Sequence record: SRR20825019_994
Direction: 5' to 3' (one strand)
DNA length: 52,387 bases
Part shown: in pieces, positions 49,710 through 52,387 of the stretch
Layout: each line of letters starts with the position of its first letter
Numbering within the stretch: the stretch's first letter is position 1
Translations under genes and position numbers: made by a program
The notes under the pieces: generated by a model
Database searches by the model: none
Seen by the model: only the letters and a program-made list of their open reading frames with translations
Told to the model about the DNA's origin: nothing

Positions 49710-52345
49710 CGGGTACTCTCCACGTTGCGGATCGGCTCACCGCCAGTTTTTGACTTCGGGCCTGATCTCAGGCGATACCCCTCAAAGCCCACTCTGGGCA
49801 GACCCAGGGAGGTAATGGTGGGCCGACGAAAACTGGTACTCAACCTTACCCCGCCTACCGGTTCTTCGCCAATAACGATTTTTTCAGGTAACCCATTGAC
49901 CGGATATTCGGCACAGGCCTCGCCGTTTTCACAAATCAGCCCGTTGTTGTCCATGTCGCTGCCGGCAACCAGGAAATACTCACCGGCCTCAACCTCGTCA
50001 AACGCAAATTCGTACCGCCCCCGGGAGGCGGAGACAACGGCCTGCTCAAGAGTATCGCGCTCGTCGTCCGCACTGACCAGCAATACATAGTGTCGGCCTG
50101 CGTTCCGTTCATCCGATGAACTACCCAGGCTGAGAGATACCGGAATCATAAGCGTTGCAGCAGGTGCGCCGTCTGCTTGATAAGTAATCACCAGCGTTGC
50201 CATGTAGCGCCCGTCACCCCCCAGTTGCGTAGGGTCTGCGGTCACTGTCAGTGACAACGGTCGCGCATCGCTGGGTTCACTCACATCAAGCCATGGCGCA
50301 CCAGGGTCCACGTCTGTGATGGTGACGCTCTCCCCTTCGGGGTAGGTCGAAAATACCAGCTGTTCACTAAGCACCGCAGCATTGAACTGTATAGCGGTGG
50401 GCGAGGAACCAAGAGTGATTGGGAAATTGCCATCCAGCGCCGCATCCATCGCTGCCAGTGCGTTGATCTGCCCCGCTCCGTATTCAAACGCGGGCCCCAC
50501 ATCGTCCGTAAGGTCACCATTTACCAGGAAACTCTGAAATCCGGCAGGGGTAATGGTCGGCACTTCCGCCTTCATCAGGGCGTAAACGCCCGCCACATGA
50601 GGTGCCGCCATTGAGGTGCCCTGCAGGCCAGCGTATCCCGGCTCGAATGAGCCCGTATCGTCGCGCCCCCAGGCGCTGACAATGACATCGGCCGTACCGT
50701 CCTGATTGGCATCCCTGCTTGCATCACCACCCGGAGCAACCACGTCGACGGACTGGCCAACGTTGGAATACGAGGCACGCACACTTCCGCCGTCTACAGC
50801 CCCCACTCCGACAACGTTGGGATAGGCAGCGGGGTAGGTAGGCTCGTCCGTGCCCTGGTTGCCAGCAGCGGCAACAATCAGTTTGCCGTTGCCACCATTC
50901 CAGGCGGCGTCGATCGCCTGCTTGAGCGCGTTGCTTGGGCCAAGCCCACCGAGACTGAGATTAATCACATCTATTTCATTCCGGCCGGCTGCCCAGTTCA
51001 GGGCGTCAATCAGGTCAGCGGACGACCCTACACCGTCACGCCCGAGCACCCGTACCGGATAGATAGTGGCCCCCGGCGAAACCCCGACGACACCCTGGGT
51101 GTTATCAACGGCAGCGGCAATACCTGCCACATGGGTTCCGTGGAAATTACTGCTCCGGGCCTTGCCGTCACCCGGGTCGGCGGGGTTTGTGTCACGTTGG
51201 CCACTGTCCTCCCGATCAATATCCAGATCACCCGATACGTAATCCATGATCTGCCCTGGGATCAGTTGCACATTGGCGCTCAAGTCCGGATGCCAGTCGC
51301 CCGTCGCCGTCGGTGGCGAGCGGAATACGCCGGTATCCATGACCGCGATACCAATATCTGCACCCGCACTCGGTGCGGCCTGCCAGGCCAACGGCGTTTG
51401 AATCAGTGGCAGACTCCATTGGCGACTGTAGAGTGGATCATTGTCCGGGGACACTTGTTGGGAGGAATAGAGGTAGTTCGGCTCCGCCGATGTCACACCG
51501 GGCTGTTGCTGCAACTCCCTGACCCATTCCAGGGTTTCCTGACGCGCACTTTCTCGCTGCCCGGACGACATGGTTGCCAGGTTTCGTGGCCGGTCACGGC
51601 GCACCAGCCAGGCACCTCGACCCAGTTCCCTGCGCTGTGACGTCGCCATCGCTGCGATCACTGGCAGGTTCCCCGAGGCTGGCGCGAGGGTGACTACGGC
51701 TTCATCAATCATGAATGGCGGCGTCGAGTAGCTGGTGTTCATCACGCTGGCTGTTCCTTCACCTGCCAGCGACAGCACGTACCGAAATGGAATACCGCTG
51801 GTGGTACTGACTTCCACCAGGTAAGAGCCGGGCTCGAAAGTGTCGTCGAGCACCTCGACCAGCGGTCGCAGATCACCCGAAGCAGACTGAGACGCCACTT
51901 CCACAACGGTTCCCGCCTGCTGTTTCAGTATCCGAAGAGAACGCTCCGGCGCCGCTGCGCCAGCGGGCAGGAGATCCTCCGGAGAACTGAACACCTGAAA
52001 AGAGACGCGGTCTCCGGGTGACAGGTCTACGGCGTAGACATCAACGGCATCTTCAAAGTACTGGAAAAAATTTGCGTAGGTATCGGAGCCAGAACTCAGA
52101 TAGCCACCCACCGTTGCGCCCGGCGGCAGAGTCTGGGCAGACACGGCCGTGTTATTGGCGGTGGCAAGGTCAACACGACGATCATCTGCGGTATCGGAGT
52201 CCACCCGTGTACCGCTCTCGATGTCAATCACCCCACTCAGATCGGGTTGCGCCTCACTGCTACCACCGGATCCACCACCGCCGCAGCCTGCGAACAGCAA
52301 TGTAAACGAGATCAAACCAGCAGTAACAGGAACAGTCCGAATCAT
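49706..52345 (-). CDS. S8 subtilisin-like serine peptidase, lipoprotein
   Basis: Lipobox LFAGC; catalytic triad motifs MDTG, HGTHVAG and GTSMAAPHVAG; oxyanion AAGN; accessory domains at both ends. Confidence 0.95.
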   Translation of the reverse strand: MIRTVPVTAGLISFTLLFAGCGGGGSGGSSEAQPDLSGVIDIESGTRVDSDTADDRRVDLATANNTAVSAQTLPPGATVGGYLSSGSDTYANFFQYFEDAVDVYAVDLSPGDRVSFQVFSSPEDLLPAGAAAPERSLRILKQQAGTVVEVASQSASGDLRPLVEVLDDTFEPGSYLVEVSTTSGIPFRYVLSLAGEGTASVMNTSYSTPPFMIDEAVVTLAPASGNLPVIAAMATSQRRELGRGAWLVRRDRPRNLATMSSGQRESARQETLEWVRELQQQPGVTSAEPNYLYSSQQVSPDNDPLYSRQWSLPLIQTPLAWQAAPSAGADIGIAVMDTGVFRSPPTATGDWHPDLSANVQLIPGQIMDYVSGDLDIDREDSGQRDTNPADPGDGKARSSNFHGTHVAGIAAAVDNTQGVVGVSPGATIYPVRVLGRDGVGSSADLIDALNWAAGRNEIDVINLSLGGLGPSNALKQAIDAAWNGGNGKLIVAAAGNQGTDEPTYPAAYPNVVGVGAVDGGSVRASYSNVGQSVDVVAPGGDASRDANQDGTADVIVSAWGRDDTGSFEPGYAGLQGTSMAAPHVAGVYALMKAEVPTITPAGFQSFLVNGDLTDDVGPAFEYGAGQINALAAMDAALDGNFPITLGSSPTAIQFNAAVLSEQLVFSTYPEGESVTITDVDPGAPWLDVSEPSDARPLSLTVTADPTQLGGDGRYMATLVITYQADGAPAATLMIPVSLSLGSSSDERNAGRHYVLLVSADDERDTLEQAVVSASRGRYEFAFDEVEAGEYFLVAGSDMDNNGLICENGEACAEYPVNGLPEKIVIGEEPVGGVRLSTSFRRPTITSLGLPRVGFEGYRLRSGPKSKTGGEPIRNVESTR

Positions 52346-52387
52346 AATGGGCTCACAAGGACGACAACTTAGAAGTGCGAGAACGAC

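Overview
Mostly core chromosomal DNA from a GC-rich gammaproteobacterium; gene content and order look Marinobacter-like (inference). In order: a truncated acyl-CoA dehydrogenase with tandem PsrA-like boxes; a SprA-like HExxH protein and a small flagellar-rod-like ORF; bioBFHCD with divergent comF and two BirA-like operators; an FAD oxidoreductase; a hyp-srkA-hyp-cmoA-cmoB operon; the conserved queG/nnr-tsaE-amiB-mutL-miaA-hfq-hflXKC-hisZ-purA superoperon; orn, rsgA, motAB and psd; epmA-efp-epmB; a FimW/FimX c-di-GMP pair; serB and parC; an accessory insert (YceI/cytochrome b561, an unannotated 15-codon ORF, an EAL phosphodiesterase, an SLC13 permease); parE; and a lipoprotein subtilisin coupled to a PrcB-like lipoprotein. 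No rRNA, tRNA, CRISPR array, transposase or prophage was seen. The least-explained items are a ~108-bp cruciform palindrome upstream of orn, the 15-aa sORF/sRNA locus upstream of the EAL gene, the dentilisin-like S8+PrcB pair, and two unknown membrane proteins flanking srkA. All calls come from reading the sequence and recognising motifs; no database searches were run.
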